Translations under genes and position numbers: made by a program
The notes under the pieces: generated by a model
The model's input: the letters and a program-made list of their open reading frames with translations, nothing else
Database searches by the model: none
What the model was told of the DNA's origin: nothing
Part shown: piece by piece, positions 12,593 through 22,885 of the stretch
Layout: each line of letters starts with the position of its first letter
How positions within the stretch are numbered: the stretch's first letter is position 1
Assembly (NCBI GenBank): GCA_965236175.1
Contig: CBDEAT010000003.1
Span: 7,759-47,758 of the forward strand
Source of the DNA: Candidatus Pelagibacterales bacterium
Lineage (GTDB): Bacteria; Pseudomonadota; Alphaproteobacteria; Pelagibacterales; Pelagibacteraceae
Direction of reading: 5' to 3'
DNA length: 40,000 bases

Positions 12593-13393
12593 TTATGCAA
12601 CTTTTTTTTCTTCCAAATTTTCTCTAATTAAAAACTCATCCACAAACTGATTATAAGCCAATGAACCCGAACAATTTTTATCGTACAAAATCACTGGCAT
12701 TCCAAATGAAGGTGCTTCTGAAATTCTTACATTACGAGGTATGTTTGTATTATAGACCTTATTACCAAAAAAATTTCTTCCTTCTTTTTCAACATCAGCA
12801 CAAAGTTTATTTCGTTTATCATACATAGTCAGAACTATGCCTTGTATTTCTAAATTAGGATTTAAATTAATTTTTATACGATCAATTGTTTTAACTAGCT
12901 GACTTAACCCCTCTAAAGCAAAAAACTCTGTTTGCAATGGAACAACTAACGAATGAGAAATAACTAAAGACATAATTGTAAGAAGACTAAGAGATGGAGG
13001 GCAATCAATTATAATGTATGAAAATTTTTCTTTTTCTAAATTATTTATTGGATCATCAATAATATTTTTTAATAAAAAAGCTTTTTGAGAATTATTTGCA
13101 ACCTCAGTTTCGAGTCCTGACAAATCTGCATTTGCTGGTATGATGCTTAAATTTTCTATCTTAGTTTTTTTTATGCATTCAAAAAAAGAATCTTTCTTTA
13201 TAAGCAAATCATAAATTGATTTTTCTCTCTCACTCTGACTAATCCCAACACCAGTTGATGCATTGCCTTGGGGATCAAGATCGATAAGTAAAACTTTATA
13301 ATTTTTAAGAGCTAGACCTGCAGCTAAGTTAATTGCCGTAGTAGTTTTACCAACTCCACCTTTCTGATTTATAACTGAAATTATCCTAGGCAT
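12593..13393 (-). CDS. parA: Chromosome partitioning ATPase ParA
   Basis: Deviant Walker A NQKGGVGKTTTAINLA. Its stop abuts the parB start. Confidence 0.95.
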   Translation of the reverse strand: MPRIISVINQKGGVGKTTTAINLAAGLALKNYKVLLIDLDPQGNASTGVGISQSEREKSIYDLLIKKDSFFECIKKTKIENLSIIPANADLSGLETEVANNSQKAFLLKNIIDDPINNLEKEKFSYIIIDCPPSLSLLTIMSLVISHSLVVPLQTEFFALEGLSQLVKTIDRIKINLNPNLEIQGIVLTMYDKRNKLCADVEKEGRNFFGNKVYNTNIPRNVRISEAPSFGMPVILYDKNCSGSLAYNQFVDEFLIRENLEEKKVA

Positions 13394-13401
13394 TTACAAC
13401 T

Positions 13402-14031
13402 TTAAGTTGTACTACGTTTAATATTACTAATTTTAAGAATATAAGATTCATCAGATGTAATGCTTCTAAATTTTTCTAGATCAAAAGTATATTTTTTTTT
13501 AGCATCCTCTAATTCATGTTGATAAGTTTTACCCTTCATTAGTATAATACTTTTAATTTTATCATTATTTTTGAAAAGAATATCTATTGTGTCGATTACC
13601 TTCTTGAATGCTCTTGAAACTATTGTTGAGATTTTGCTAAATTTATAATCTTCTAGCCTTACATTCTGTATTTTTAATGTTAGGCCTAATTTATTTGATA
13701 AATCATTTAAGAATTTGCATTTTTTTGGACTTTTATCTATCAATACAATATTTCCTTCTACTTTTTTACTATCCATCAAAATCTTTATTATAACTCCTGG
13801 AAATCCAGCTCCTGAACCTATATCGACAATTTCAGATTTATCATCAATTAAATCGTATATTTGGGCAGAATCTGTAAAATGTCTTGAAAAAATATGATTT
13901 TCTGTTGTTTTTCCTATTAAATTCAATAATTTGTTATTTTCTAATAAAAAATGATTATATATGTTTAATTTTTCAATTGTTTCACGTGAAACATTGAATT
14001 TTTTAATAAAAAATTCAATATCCTTGTCCAT
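13402..14031 (-). CDS. rsmG: 16S rRNA (guanine527-N7)-methyltransferase RsmG
   Basis: SAM-binding motif DIGSGAGFPGV in the mnmG-rsmG-parAB context. Confidence 0.9.
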   Translation of the reverse strand: MDKDIEFFIKKFNVSRETIEKLNIYNHFLLENNKLLNLIGKTTENHIFSRHFTDSAQIYDLIDDKSEIVDIGSGAGFPGVIIKILMDSKKVEGNIVLIDKSPKKCKFLNDLSNKLGLTLKIQNVRLEDYKFSKISTIVSRAFKKVIDTIDILFKNNDKIKSIILMKGKTYQHELEDAKKKYTFDLEKFRSITSDESYILKISNIKRSTT

Positions 14032-14036
14032 ATATT

Positions 14037-15905
14037 CTATGATGCTTTTCTAAGAGTATTTTTACAATAAATCATCAATATATTGATTGCAGCCGGTGTC
14101 ACGCCATCTATTCTTAAAGCCTGACCAAAAGTTAATGGTCTTATATCCTTAAGTTTTCTTTTAATCTCATTTGAAAGACCAGAAACGTTATCATAATCAA
14201 TATTTTTAGGTATTACGAGATTTTCATCCTTTTCAAATATGCTTATGTCTCTTTTTTGTTGTTCGATATAACCACTATAATGGGACTCTGTTTTTATTAA
14301 GTCTTCTATTTCATCTTCATACTTTGGTATATCTGAAAAAATGGCTCTTATTTTTTCTAAGGTCACATCTTTAAATTTTAAAATCTGTAAAAGAGATTTT
14401 TTTCTGCCATCTTGAGAGATTTTAATTCCATTTTTTTTTAAAACGGTAGGTGATACTATTTTATTTGACAAAATAATCTTAAAGTCATTTAAGTCATTGA
14501 TTTTATTGATAAATTTAGACTTCCTAATTTCAGAAATAAAATTATTTTTAATTGCCAAAGGAGTTAATCTTAAATCTGCATTATCAGCTCTCAGTGTTAA
14601 TCTATATTCAGCTCGGGATGTAAACATCCTGTAAGGTTCGCTTACACCTTTGGTAATTAAATCATCAATCATCACTCCAATATAAGACTGGGATCTTTCA
14701 AATTTTATTGGTTCTAAATTTTTAACGGACTGAGCGGCATTAAGACCTGCTACAATTCCTTGTGCAGCAGCCTCTTCATATCCTGTTGTTCCGTTAATTT
14801 GACCGGCAAGGTATAAATTTTCTATTTTTTTTGTTTTAAGGGTAAAATCTAATTCTGTTGGGAACACATAATCATACTCAATTGCATACCCAGGTCTTAT
14901 CATGCGAACATTCTCTAAACCATTGATTTTGAATAGTATTTCTTGCTGAATCTCCTTTGGCAGAGAAGTAGATATACCATTTGGGTACACTATATTTGTT
15001 GTAAGACTTTCTGGTTCTAAAAAAATTTGATGACGTTGCTTATCTTTAAATTTTACAATCTTATCTTCTATAGATGGGCAGTATCTAGGACCAACGCTTT
15101 TAATAGATCCTGAATACATTGCGCTACGTTTTAAATTTTTTTCAATAATCTTATGAACCTTGTCATTAGTATAAGTCATCCCACATGAAATCTGTTTGGC
15201 ATTAATTTTTTTTGTTAAATATGAAAAGAAGAAAGGTTTTTCATCAGCATCTTGCATTTCAAGTTCTTCGTAATTAATAGTTGTTCCATCAAGTCTTGGT
15301 GGCGTACCAGTTTTCAATCTACCAATTTTAAAATTTAATTTTTTTAACTGCTCACTTAATCCTAAGGTTGGTTTTTCATCTATTCTCCCTGCAGAAATCT
15401 TTTCATCTCCAATATGAATTAGACCATTTAAAAAAGTGCCAGTTGTTAAAATAAATTTTTTTGCAGAAAGTGAATTTCCAGACTGGGTTTGGATTGAAAT
15501 TATTTTATTTTTACTAAATTCAAACTTTGTTACTGGATCGTAAAAAAGACTTAAATTACAATAGCTTAACAGCATTTCTTGCATATATTTTTTATAAAGC
15601 TCTCTATCAGATTGAGTTCTGGGTCCTCTAACAGCATGACCTCTGCTACTATTTAATAATCTAAATTGTATTCCTGATTTATCGGCAACAATTCCCATCA
15701 CGCCATCCAATGCATCAATTTCTCTGACTAAATGACCTTTGCCTAATCCGCCTATTGCAGGATTACATGACATTTCACCAATTGTAGAAAGTGAATTTGT
15801 AATAAGAGCAGTATTAACCCCCGATCTTGCAGAAGCAGCAGCAGCTTCGCAACCAGCGTGCCCAGCTCCAATCACAATTACATCAAAATTTTTCTCTAAA
15901 TTCAT
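14037..15905 (-). CDS. mnmG: tRNA uridine 5-carboxymethylaminomethyl modification enzyme MnmG
   Basis: FAD motif [14 protein letters not shown], 622 aa, with MnmG family motifs throughout. Confidence 0.95.
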   Translation of the reverse strand: MNLEKNFDVIVIGAGHAGCEAAAASARSGVNTALITNSLSTIGEMSCNPAIGGLGKGHLVREIDALDGVMGIVADKSGIQFRLLNSSRGHAVRGPRTQSDRELYKKYMQEMLLSYCNLSLFYDPVTKFEFSKNKIISIQTQSGNSLSAKKFILTTGTFLNGLIHIGDEKISAGRIDEKPTLGLSEQLKKLNFKIGRLKTGTPPRLDGTTINYEELEMQDADEKPFFFSYLTKKINAKQISCGMTYTNDKVHKIIEKNLKRSAMYSGSIKSVGPRYCPSIEDKIVKFKDKQRHQIFLEPESLTTNIVYPNGISTSLPKEIQQEILFKINGLENVRMIRPGYAIEYDYVFPTELDFTLKTKKIENLYLAGQINGTTGYEEAAAQGIVAGLNAAQSVKNLEPIKFERSQSYIGVMIDDLITKGVSEPYRMFTSRAEYRLTLRADNADLRLTPLAIKNNFISEIRKSKFINKINDLNDFKIILSNKIVSPTVLKKNGIKISQDGRKKSLLQILKFKDVTLEKIRAIFSDIPKYEDEIEDLIKTESHYSGYIEQQKRDISIFEKDENLVIPKNIDYDNVSGLSNEIKRKLKDIRPLTFGQALRIDGVTPAAINILMIYCKNTLRKAS

Positions 15906-15952
15906 AGGGGGTTTATATATCCCATTAACTCAAAAGATAAGGTATTTTTATT

Positions 15953-17278
15953 CTATTTCCCGATACAGAAATCTTTAAAGATTCTATCTAACAATTCTTC
16001 AACATTAACATATCCGACTATTTCTCCAAGATTTCTGACTGCCAATCTTAAATCTTCTGCTGCAAGGTCAATCTGCTCTATAGATTTTTTATTAAGGCAT
16101 CTTTGGATAAAAAACACTGTATTTTCAAGGTTTTTTTTATGTCTTTGTCTTGAAATTATATTGTCTAGATTAACTTTAAAATGTTCATCAATTTTTTCTG
16201 ATATTGTTTTAACAAGATTACTAATTCCTATATTTTTTTTTACTGAAATTCTAATTGGTTTATATATTTTTTCTTCTAAAATTTTATTTGAACTTTTAAT
16301 ATCAATTTTATTTAGAACTAAAATTGATTTTATATCAAATAATTTCAAAACTTTTTTATCTAATTTTTTTGTGTGATCAAAAATTATTAATTTTAAATCA
16401 GAATCTTTTAAATTTTTATTGGTTAAAAGAATGCCTTTTTTCTCGATAATGTTTTTTGAATTTCTTAAGCCAGCTGTATCAAAGAATCTAACTAACTTTC
16501 CATTTAACATAATACTTGTTTCTATAAGATCACGCGTTGTACCGGGTATATTAGAAACAATAGACACTTGCCTATTAGCTAAACAATTAATTAAGGATGA
16601 TTTCCCAGAATTAGTTGGTCCTATAATTGAAACCCTAAATCCCTCTCTAATTTTCTCAGAATTCTCACCATTGAGTATTATTTGTCTAATTTTATCATTT
16701 ATTTTCAATAACTTATCTCTATTATTTGAAAATACATTATCTCCAACTTCGTCATCGGAGAAATCAATGACAGCCTCATAATCTGAGAGTATTTTGATCA
16801 TTTCATTTCTTAAACCAGTGTAAATTTTTGTTGTATCTTCGTTCATTACTTTTAAAGCCTGAATTCTTTGAAGTTCTGTTTCTGAATTTATTAAATCAAT
16901 TAAACTTTCAGCCTGTAATAAATTAATTTTTTTATTAAGAAGGGCAGTTTTAGTAAATTCGCCTGGTTTAGCTAATCTACAGTTCTTAAAATTAGATAAA
17001 GTTTTTAAAAAATATTTAATAACAGCATTGCTTCCATGAACATGAAATTCAACCACATCATCTCCAGTGTAGCTATTAGGTTTTGGAAAAAATATAAAAA
17101 TCCCTTTATCAATGATCTTATTTTTCTGATCATAAAATGAAGAAAAATTAGCTACTCTCGGCTTAATTTTTTTAAATTTAGTTATGGTTTTAGCTATCTT
17201 AAAGGCCTCTTTTCCAGAGACTCTTATAACTGCCAAACCAGATGTTCCGGGGGCTGTAGCTAACGCGAATATTGACAT
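15953..17278 (-). CDS. mnmE: tRNA modification GTPase MnmE
   Basis: G-domain GPTNSGKSSL, DTAG, and the C-terminal FCIGK motif. Confidence 0.95.
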   Translation of the reverse strand: MSIFALATAPGTSGLAVIRVSGKEAFKIAKTITKFKKIKPRVANFSSFYDQKNKIIDKGIFIFFPKPNSYTGDDVVEFHVHGSNAVIKYFLKTLSNFKNCRLAKPGEFTKTALLNKKINLLQAESLIDLINSETELQRIQALKVMNEDTTKIYTGLRNEMIKILSDYEAVIDFSDDEVGDNVFSNNRDKLLKINDKIRQIILNGENSEKIREGFRVSIIGPTNSGKSSLINCLANRQVSIVSNIPGTTRDLIETSIMLNGKLVRFFDTAGLRNSKNIIEKKGILLTNKNLKDSDLKLIIFDHTKKLDKKVLKLFDIKSILVLNKIDIKSSNKILEEKIYKPIRISVKKNIGISNLVKTISEKIDEHFKVNLDNIISRQRHKKNLENTVFFIQRCLNKKSIEQIDLAAEDLRLAVRNLGEIVGYVNVEELLDRIFKDFCIGK

Positions 17279-17309
17279 AAAAAAACGATATGATTTAGTT
17301 TTAATATAA

Positions 17310-17765
17310 ATGTCAACTTTCCAATTATCTTTTAAAACAAAACTAGGCTTTATGTCAGTTATAGAAAATGAAGGTTATATTACTGATATTACTTTTAGAA
17401 AAATAACAACACAAAGAAGTACCACCCAATTACTGAAAGTTAAAAATCAAATAAAACTATTTTTAAATAAAAAAATAAAAAAACTTACCTTCAAAACAAA
17501 AACTGTTGGATCAAAAACACAATTAAAAGTTTGGAATGAAATTAAAAAAATACCTTATGCGAAAACTGTATCTTATAATTTTATTTCTAAAAAAACCAAA
17601 ATACATCCACGACATGTTGGGAGAATTTGTGGTCAAAACAGATTATTACTTTTTATTCCGTGTCATAGAGTGATTAGGTCCGATGGTTTATTAGGTGGTT
17701 TTTCAGCAAAGCACGGCGTTAAGTTGAAAAGTAAAATTCTTAAAATTGAAGAATTAAATAAATAA
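17310..17765 (+). CDS. ogt: Methylated-DNA--protein-cysteine methyltransferase
   Basis: Active-site motif IPCHRVIRSDG.LGGF. Confidence 0.85.
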   Translation: MSTFQLSFKTKLGFMSVIENEGYITDITFRKITTQRSTTQLLKVKNQIKLFLNKKIKKLTFKTKTVGSKTQLKVWNEIKKIPYAKTVSYNFISKKTKIHPRHVGRICGQNRLLLFIPCHRVIRSDGLLGGFSAKHGVKLKSKILKIEELNK

Positions 17766-18929
17766 ACCCTTATTAGCTATGCTAACAAAATTATTTTTAA
17801 TAAAAAAATTCTTATCAAGATTAGAAAGTGTATTCTTTCTTATGAAAGCATAGCTATCGATCTTAACATCAAATATTTTTCTAATGCCGTCGATCAATGC
17901 TGCAAAAGTAAAATTATTTAAATTTGTCTCATCTAAATATTTTTTAATAAAAATATCATTGCCGATTTCTAGACCTAAATTTTCGCAATATTTAGTAACT
18001 TTAATTAGAGAAAATATATTTCTTAAAGTCATATTCCAACCCTGGCCAGCTATGGGATGAATTTTATTAGCTATCTCACCAAATAGTAAAGTTCTTTTGG
18101 AATCTTTTAACTCATTAAAAATATAATTTAGATTAAACTTATTAATCTCAGAGATAGAAATTATTTCTTTAAATAATTCTTTAAAATGATTATTAAAAAA
18201 TTTTGATAAATAATTATTATTTGATACATATTTTTCATTAACTGAATTATTTTTAATAGACCAAATTACAGAAGTCTCAGTGCTTGAAACTGGAAGAAAA
18301 GCCAAAGGTCCATCTTTTAAAAAAAATTGTCTTGCAGAGTTATTTATAATTTTTTTATGAAATAGATTAAAAACATAAGCATTCTCATTATAAGACCTAT
18401 CTACAACTTTTCTTAATTTGAATTTTGATAATAAAGAAAGATTATTAGCAGAAGCAAAAATAATAAGATTATAATTTTCTTTAATTAGATCTTTAAAAGT
18501 AATTTCTTTAAAAAATTTATTGTCATTAATCGATGATATTTCTTTCTTAATGAAATTAATATTTTTTAAACTTTTTAATTTTTTTTTAATATTTAAAAAT
18601 AAAGTATTACCATCAATAATGTAAGCTAAAGCTTCTTTATTGTTAGATGCAGCGAATTGAAGATCTTGTTTTAAGCTTATGGATGAATAAGAATCGTGTA
18701 AATAAATATTCTTAACAATATTAGATTTTTTTTTAATATCTTTTAGTCCGTAAAGACATAATTGATCTAAGGAATTCTTGCTTAATGCTATTTTTGTTGG
18801 GTTAATTTTTTTTTTATTAAAATCCTGTTCAACTATGTCTATTTGTAATCTAAATTTTGATAACAAATAAGCAATCGTTAAGCCTGTAAGACCTGAACCA
18901 ATAATACAAATTTTTTGAGAGTTAAGCAT
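17754..18929 (-). CDS. FAD-dependent monooxygenase, UbiH/UbiF/Coq6 family
   Basis: N-terminal dinucleotide fold ICIIGSGLTGLT and a C-terminal GEIANKIHPIAGQGWN motif. Confidence 0.8.
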   Translation of the reverse strand: MLNSQKICIIGSGLTGLTIAYLLSKFRLQIDIVEQDFNKKKINPTKIALSKNSLDQLCLYGLKDIKKKSNIVKNIYLHDSYSSISLKQDLQFAASNNKEALAYIIDGNTLFLNIKKKLKSLKNINFIKKEISSINDNKFFKEITFKDLIKENYNLIIFASANNLSLLSKFKLRKVVDRSYNENAYVFNLFHKKIINNSARQFFLKDGPLAFLPVSSTETSVIWSIKNNSVNEKYVSNNNYLSKFFNNHFKELFKEIISISEINKFNLNYIFNELKDSKRTLLFGEIANKIHPIAGQGWNMTLRNIFSLIKVTKYCENLGLEIGNDIFIKKYLDETNLNNFTFAALIDGIRKIFDVKIDSYAFIRKNTLSNLDKNFFIKNNFVSIANKGLFI

Positions 18930-19007
18930 GATTGTCTTTTCCTTTCGAATTCTATCAACTGAATATTAATGATACAAAGGTTTTAATTGTGATTCGCCAA
19001 GCAAAAT

Positions 19008-21128
19008 ATGGAAAAAATAATAACGTTTATTAAAGTAAAATTAATTGAACTTGCTGGCACAATAACTATTTTTTCTGGTCTTGCGTATTTTGTGTCTTTA
19101 ACAACCTATTCTGCCAATAATATAAGCTACGTTTTCCCCTCAGAAAAAAATATTCATAATAAATTTTTCTCTTTTTTTTATTATCTTTCTGATTTTTTTC
19201 TTCAAGCTTTTGGCGTTTTGGCATTTTTAATATTTCTTAATTTAATTATTTGGGGCGGGTATTTAATTATTAAAAAAAAAATTGAAAATTTTTCTATAAA
19301 ATTATTATTCTTAATTTTATCTATTATTTTCGGAGCTTTATTTTTCTCAATCAATATTGATCAAAGTTTTTGGCTTCCTGATAATGGCTTTGGGGGTTTT
19401 GTTGCTAATTTTATTTCTGAAAAATTAAATATAAAAAATAATTCGTTTGGTGCTTATCTTTCAGTTATTTTTGTATGCATATCTCTCATATGTTTTTATT
19501 TGAGTGCAGGATTAAATATTCAAGAATGGAAAACTGTTTTTGTAACTATAAATAATTTATTAAGTTTTTTCCCAAAATTAATATTTAAAATATATATTAA
19601 AAGGAAAAATACTGAAGAAATTGCCATTAACGCACCTATACAGGAAAATATTACTCAAAAAATTCAAGAAGAAGTCCCAGTACAAGAGGTTTCGCCTCAA
19701 CAACAACTTCCTCTGGAAAGCACAAAGGTTGAAAAATCTACAAGCTTTAAAATTCCTCCAATAAAATTACTTGATGATCCAGTAAAAATTGAAAATCAAT
19801 TAGATGAGGAAAGTTATAAAACGCAATCAAAATTTCTCGAAAATGTTCTTTTAGATTTTAGTATTTCAGGTGAAATAAAAAGAGTAAGCGCTGGACCTGT
19901 TGTAACTTTATATGAATTTGAACCAACTGCAGGAATTAAAACATCAAAAATTATAAATCTTTCTGAAGACATAGCCCGTAACACAAGTTCTATATCAACT
20001 AGAGTAGCAACCGTTCCGGGCAAAAGCACCATAGGAATAGAAATACCAAACAAGGTAAGAGAAAATGTTGCTTTAAAAGAAATAATTTCTAGCAAAGAAT
20101 TTAATAATAAAGACATTAAAATTCCAATAACTCTTGGAAAAAGTATTTCAGGATTTCCAATTGTTGGAGACTTGGTTTCTATGCCACATCTTTTAATTGC
20201 TGGAACAACTGGATCTGGAAAATCAGTCTGTATTAATACTTTAATCCTATCAATTCTTTACAGACACAAACCTGATGACTGCAAACTTATTATGATTGAT
20301 CCAAAAATGTTGGAGCTTTCTATCTATCAAGGAATCCCTCATCTACTAACGCCTGTTATTACTGAACCTAAAAAAGCAACAACAGCTCTAAAATGGGTCG
20401 TTAAAGAAATGGAAAAAAGATACCGAGAAATGACTGAAATTGGAGTGAGAAATATTTCAGGATTTAACGAGAAAGCATCTTCTGAGAGTAGAAAAAAAAT
20501 GCCTTACATTGTTGTGATAGTTGATGAAATGGCTGATTTAATGATGATTGCAGGCAAAGAAATTGAGAACTACATACAAAGACTTGCGCAGATGGCTAGG
20601 GCTGCTGGTATTCATATAGTTATGGCAACTCAAAGACCAAGTGTTGATGTCATCACAGGTACAATTAAAGCTAATTTTCCAACTCGAATATCATTCCAGG
20701 TAACGTCAAAAATAGACAGCAGAACTATATTGGGAGAGCAGGGTGCTGAATTATTGCTTGGGAATGGCGACATGCTTTTTATGTCTTCAGCAAGTAGAAT
20801 TATAAGAATCCACGGTCCTTATGTTTCTGAAAAAGAAATAGAAAGAGTTTCAACATTCTTAAGGCTTCAAGGTTCACCAACCTACATTGAAGAAGTAACT
20901 AGAATTGAAGAACAAGAAAATGATGAGGTAGTATTAAACTCTGAAGGTAAAGATGAATTATATAATAAAGCAGTTGAAATAATTAAAACTGAAGGCAAAG
21001 CATCGACTAGTTTTTTACAAAGAAAACTTGGAATTGGTTACAATAGAGCTGCTAGAATTATTGATCAAATGGAAGAAGAAAAAATAATTAGCCCAGCAAA
21101 TCACGTAGGTAAAAGAGAAATCTATTAA
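19008..21128 (+). CDS. ftsK: DNA translocase FtsK
   Basis: N-terminal transmembrane helices, Walker A GTTGSGKS, the motor domain, and a C-terminal gamma winged helix (STSFLQRKLGIGYNRAARIIDQME). Confidence 0.95.
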   Translation: MEKIITFIKVKLIELAGTITIFSGLAYFVSLTTYSANNISYVFPSEKNIHNKFFSFFYYLSDFFLQAFGVLAFLIFLNLIIWGGYLIIKKKIENFSIKLLFLILSIIFGALFFSINIDQSFWLPDNGFGGFVANFISEKLNIKNNSFGAYLSVIFVCISLICFYLSAGLNIQEWKTVFVTINNLLSFFPKLIFKIYIKRKNTEEIAINAPIQENITQKIQEEVPVQEVSPQQQLPLESTKVEKSTSFKIPPIKLLDDPVKIENQLDEESYKTQSKFLENVLLDFSISGEIKRVSAGPVVTLYEFEPTAGIKTSKIINLSEDIARNTSSISTRVATVPGKSTIGIEIPNKVRENVALKEIISSKEFNNKDIKIPITLGKSISGFPIVGDLVSMPHLLIAGTTGSGKSVCINTLILSILYRHKPDDCKLIMIDPKMLELSIYQGIPHLLTPVITEPKKATTALKWVVKEMEKRYREMTEIGVRNISGFNEKASSESRKKMPYIVVIVDEMADLMMIAGKEIENYIQRLAQMARAAGIHIVMATQRPSVDVITGTIKANFPTRISFQVTSKIDSRTILGEQGAELLLGNGDMLFMSSASRIIRIHGPYVSEKEIERVSTFLRLQGSPTYIEEVTRIEEQENDEVVLNSEGKDELYNKAVEIIKTEGKASTSFLQRKLGIGYNRAARIIDQMEEEKIISPANHVGKREIY

Positions 21129-21133
21129 AATAA

Positions 21134-21685
21134 ATGAAGAGATTTTTATACATTGTCTTAACAATGTTAATTTTTTTTTGCGTTAATGTAGAAGGATCTG
21201 AAAAAGAAAGAATAATTGAAAATTTAAAAAAAATAAATTCTATTAAATTTAATTTCACTCAAATCACAAATGACATAACAGAAAATGGCAATTGTCTTAT
21301 TGTTTACCCAAAAAAAATGAGGTGCTTATACGAAGAAGAAGACAAAGAAATTATTGTAAATGATGATTACTTATTCCTTATTAATAAAAGAGAAAATAAA
21401 AATTATAACTATAATATCAAAGATACTCCTTTGGGAGTTATGTTGGACAAAGAAAATATTATAGAAAAATTATCAAAAGTAGAAAAATTTAACAAAATAG
21501 ATAAAAATATAATCGCAATCATAGATCTAAATTCTCAAGAAAGTATTGAGATATATTTTAACTCTAAAGAAATGAATATTGTAGGGTGGAAAATAAAAAA
21601 TTATGACAAATCTAATCTAGAATTCTTAATGAAAAATATTTCAATAAATATTAATACAAACGAAAAATTTGAAATCCCAAAATAA
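21134..21685 (+). CDS. lolA: LolA-like outer-membrane lipoprotein carrier protein
   Basis: Signal peptide, about 180 aa, in the conserved position directly after ftsK. Sequence-level similarity is judged by eye only. Confidence 0.6.
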   Translation: MKRFLYIVLTMLIFFCVNVEGSEKERIIENLKKINSIKFNFTQITNDITENGNCLIVYPKKMRCLYEEEDKEIIVNDDYLFLINKRENKNYNYNIKDTPLGVMLDKENIIEKLSKVEKFNKIDKNIIAIIDLNSQESIEIYFNSKEMNIVGWKIKNYDKSNLEFLMKNISININTNEKFEIPK

Positions 21686-21689
21686 AAAG

Positions 21690-22208
21690 TTATAAATTTT
21701 CTGGATTAAAAAATATCTTTTCCGTCTTAAAAATTTTCATCCCTCGTGCAAGATAATTTTTTAAAGCATTAGGATGGTCAAGTGTACACGTATGAACCCA
21801 CGCTTTATTAATCTTTTGATTAAAAGAAGTTAATATTGCATCAGTTAATAAATACCCGCCAATTCCCTTTCCATAAAATTCTTTAAATATCCCAAAATAA
21901 GGGATCTCCATTGAAGAAGTTTTTGGATCATAAAGTAACTCATAATATCCTGCTAATTTATTATTATGTTTTAAAATATATAATTTAAAAAAATCACTAT
22001 TAATATAATCTAACCAATCTTGATCGCTCCATTTTAGTCTGTCTCTCCAGAAAAAATCTTTTCCAACTTCTTTATAAAAAAATTTACAAAAATCTATCGT
22101 TGGTTTTTTTTCTAGGATAACTTCTAAATTTTTTTCTTTGCAGTTTGATTTTATTAAATCACTTCTTGAAAGTAGATGTAGATAAAATCTATCTATGGAT
22201 CTTTCCAT
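21690..22208 (-). CDS. GNAT-family N-acetyltransferase
   Basis: Acetyl-CoA binding pattern FKEFYGKGIGGYLL. Confidence 0.7.
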   Translation of the reverse strand: MERSIDRFYLHLLSRSDLIKSNCKEKNLEVILEKKPTIDFCKFFYKEVGKDFFWRDRLKWSDQDWLDYINSDFFKLYILKHNNKLAGYYELLYDPKTSSMEIPYFGIFKEFYGKGIGGYLLTDAILTSFNQKINKAWVHTCTLDHPNALKNYLARGMKIFKTEKIFFNPENL

Positions 22209-22209
22209 G

Positions 22210-22566
22210 TTACTTATGGATCATTCTTCCTAATTTTTCTCCGCCGAAGATATGAAAATGCAGATGGGGAACTTCTTGACCACCATCGCTACCGTTATTG
22301 CCTAAATATCTGTAACCAGAAGCGGACACTCCTAGAATATTAGCAACTTTCCCCAAAGCTCGAATTAAACCTTCAATTTCATCACTTTTAGCATTAGCTG
22401 CAAAATCATTCATGTCTACATATGCGCCTTTTGGAATTACCAAAACATGAATTTTTGCCTGAGGATTAATATCTTTAAATGCAAGAGAAAACTTATCTTC
22501 ATAAATTTTATTACAGGGAATTTCTCCTCTTAAAATTTTGGCAAATATGTTATTTTGATCGTACAT
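22210..22566 (-). CDS. HIT (histidine triad) family protein
   Basis: C-terminal HLHFHIFGG histidine triad. Confidence 0.9.
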   Translation of the reverse strand: MYDQNNIFAKILRGEIPCNKIYEDKFSLAFKDINPQAKIHVLVIPKGAYVDMNDFAANAKSDEIEGLIRALGKVANILGVSASGYRYLGNNGSDGGQEVPHLHFHIFGGEKLGRMIHK

Positions 22567-22882
22567 TTTTTTTTCTATTCTTCTTCTCTTGAATTCCTGA
22601 AATTCTTTGTCTTCTCTTTAACTCTTTCATAATTGAAGCTATTGAAATTTTTTTAAACTCAAGAAGAACTAAAAAATGATATAATAAATCTGATGCTTCA
22701 TGAACTATATTTTTTTTATTAGAATATTTAGATGAGGCTGCAAGTTCTCTTGCCTCTTCCATAAATTTTTTTATACAAAAGTTTTTTCCTTTACTAAAAA
22801 GGTTTGCGGTATAAGAAATTTTAGGATTTTTATATTTGTTTTTTTTAATCTTTTTTATTAAAAATAATAAATCTTTGAACAT
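22550..22882 (-). CDS. hisE: Phosphoribosyl-ATP pyrophosphatase
   Basis: MazG-like helices (EEARELA...EASDLLYHFLVLL) in a his-operon context. Confidence 0.85.
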   Translation of the reverse strand: MFKDLLFLIKKIKKNKYKNPKISYTANLFSKGKNFCIKKFMEEARELAASSKYSNKKNIVHEASDLLYHFLVLLEFKKISIASIMKELKRRQRISGIQEKKNRKKNVRSK

Positions 22883-22885
22883 AAA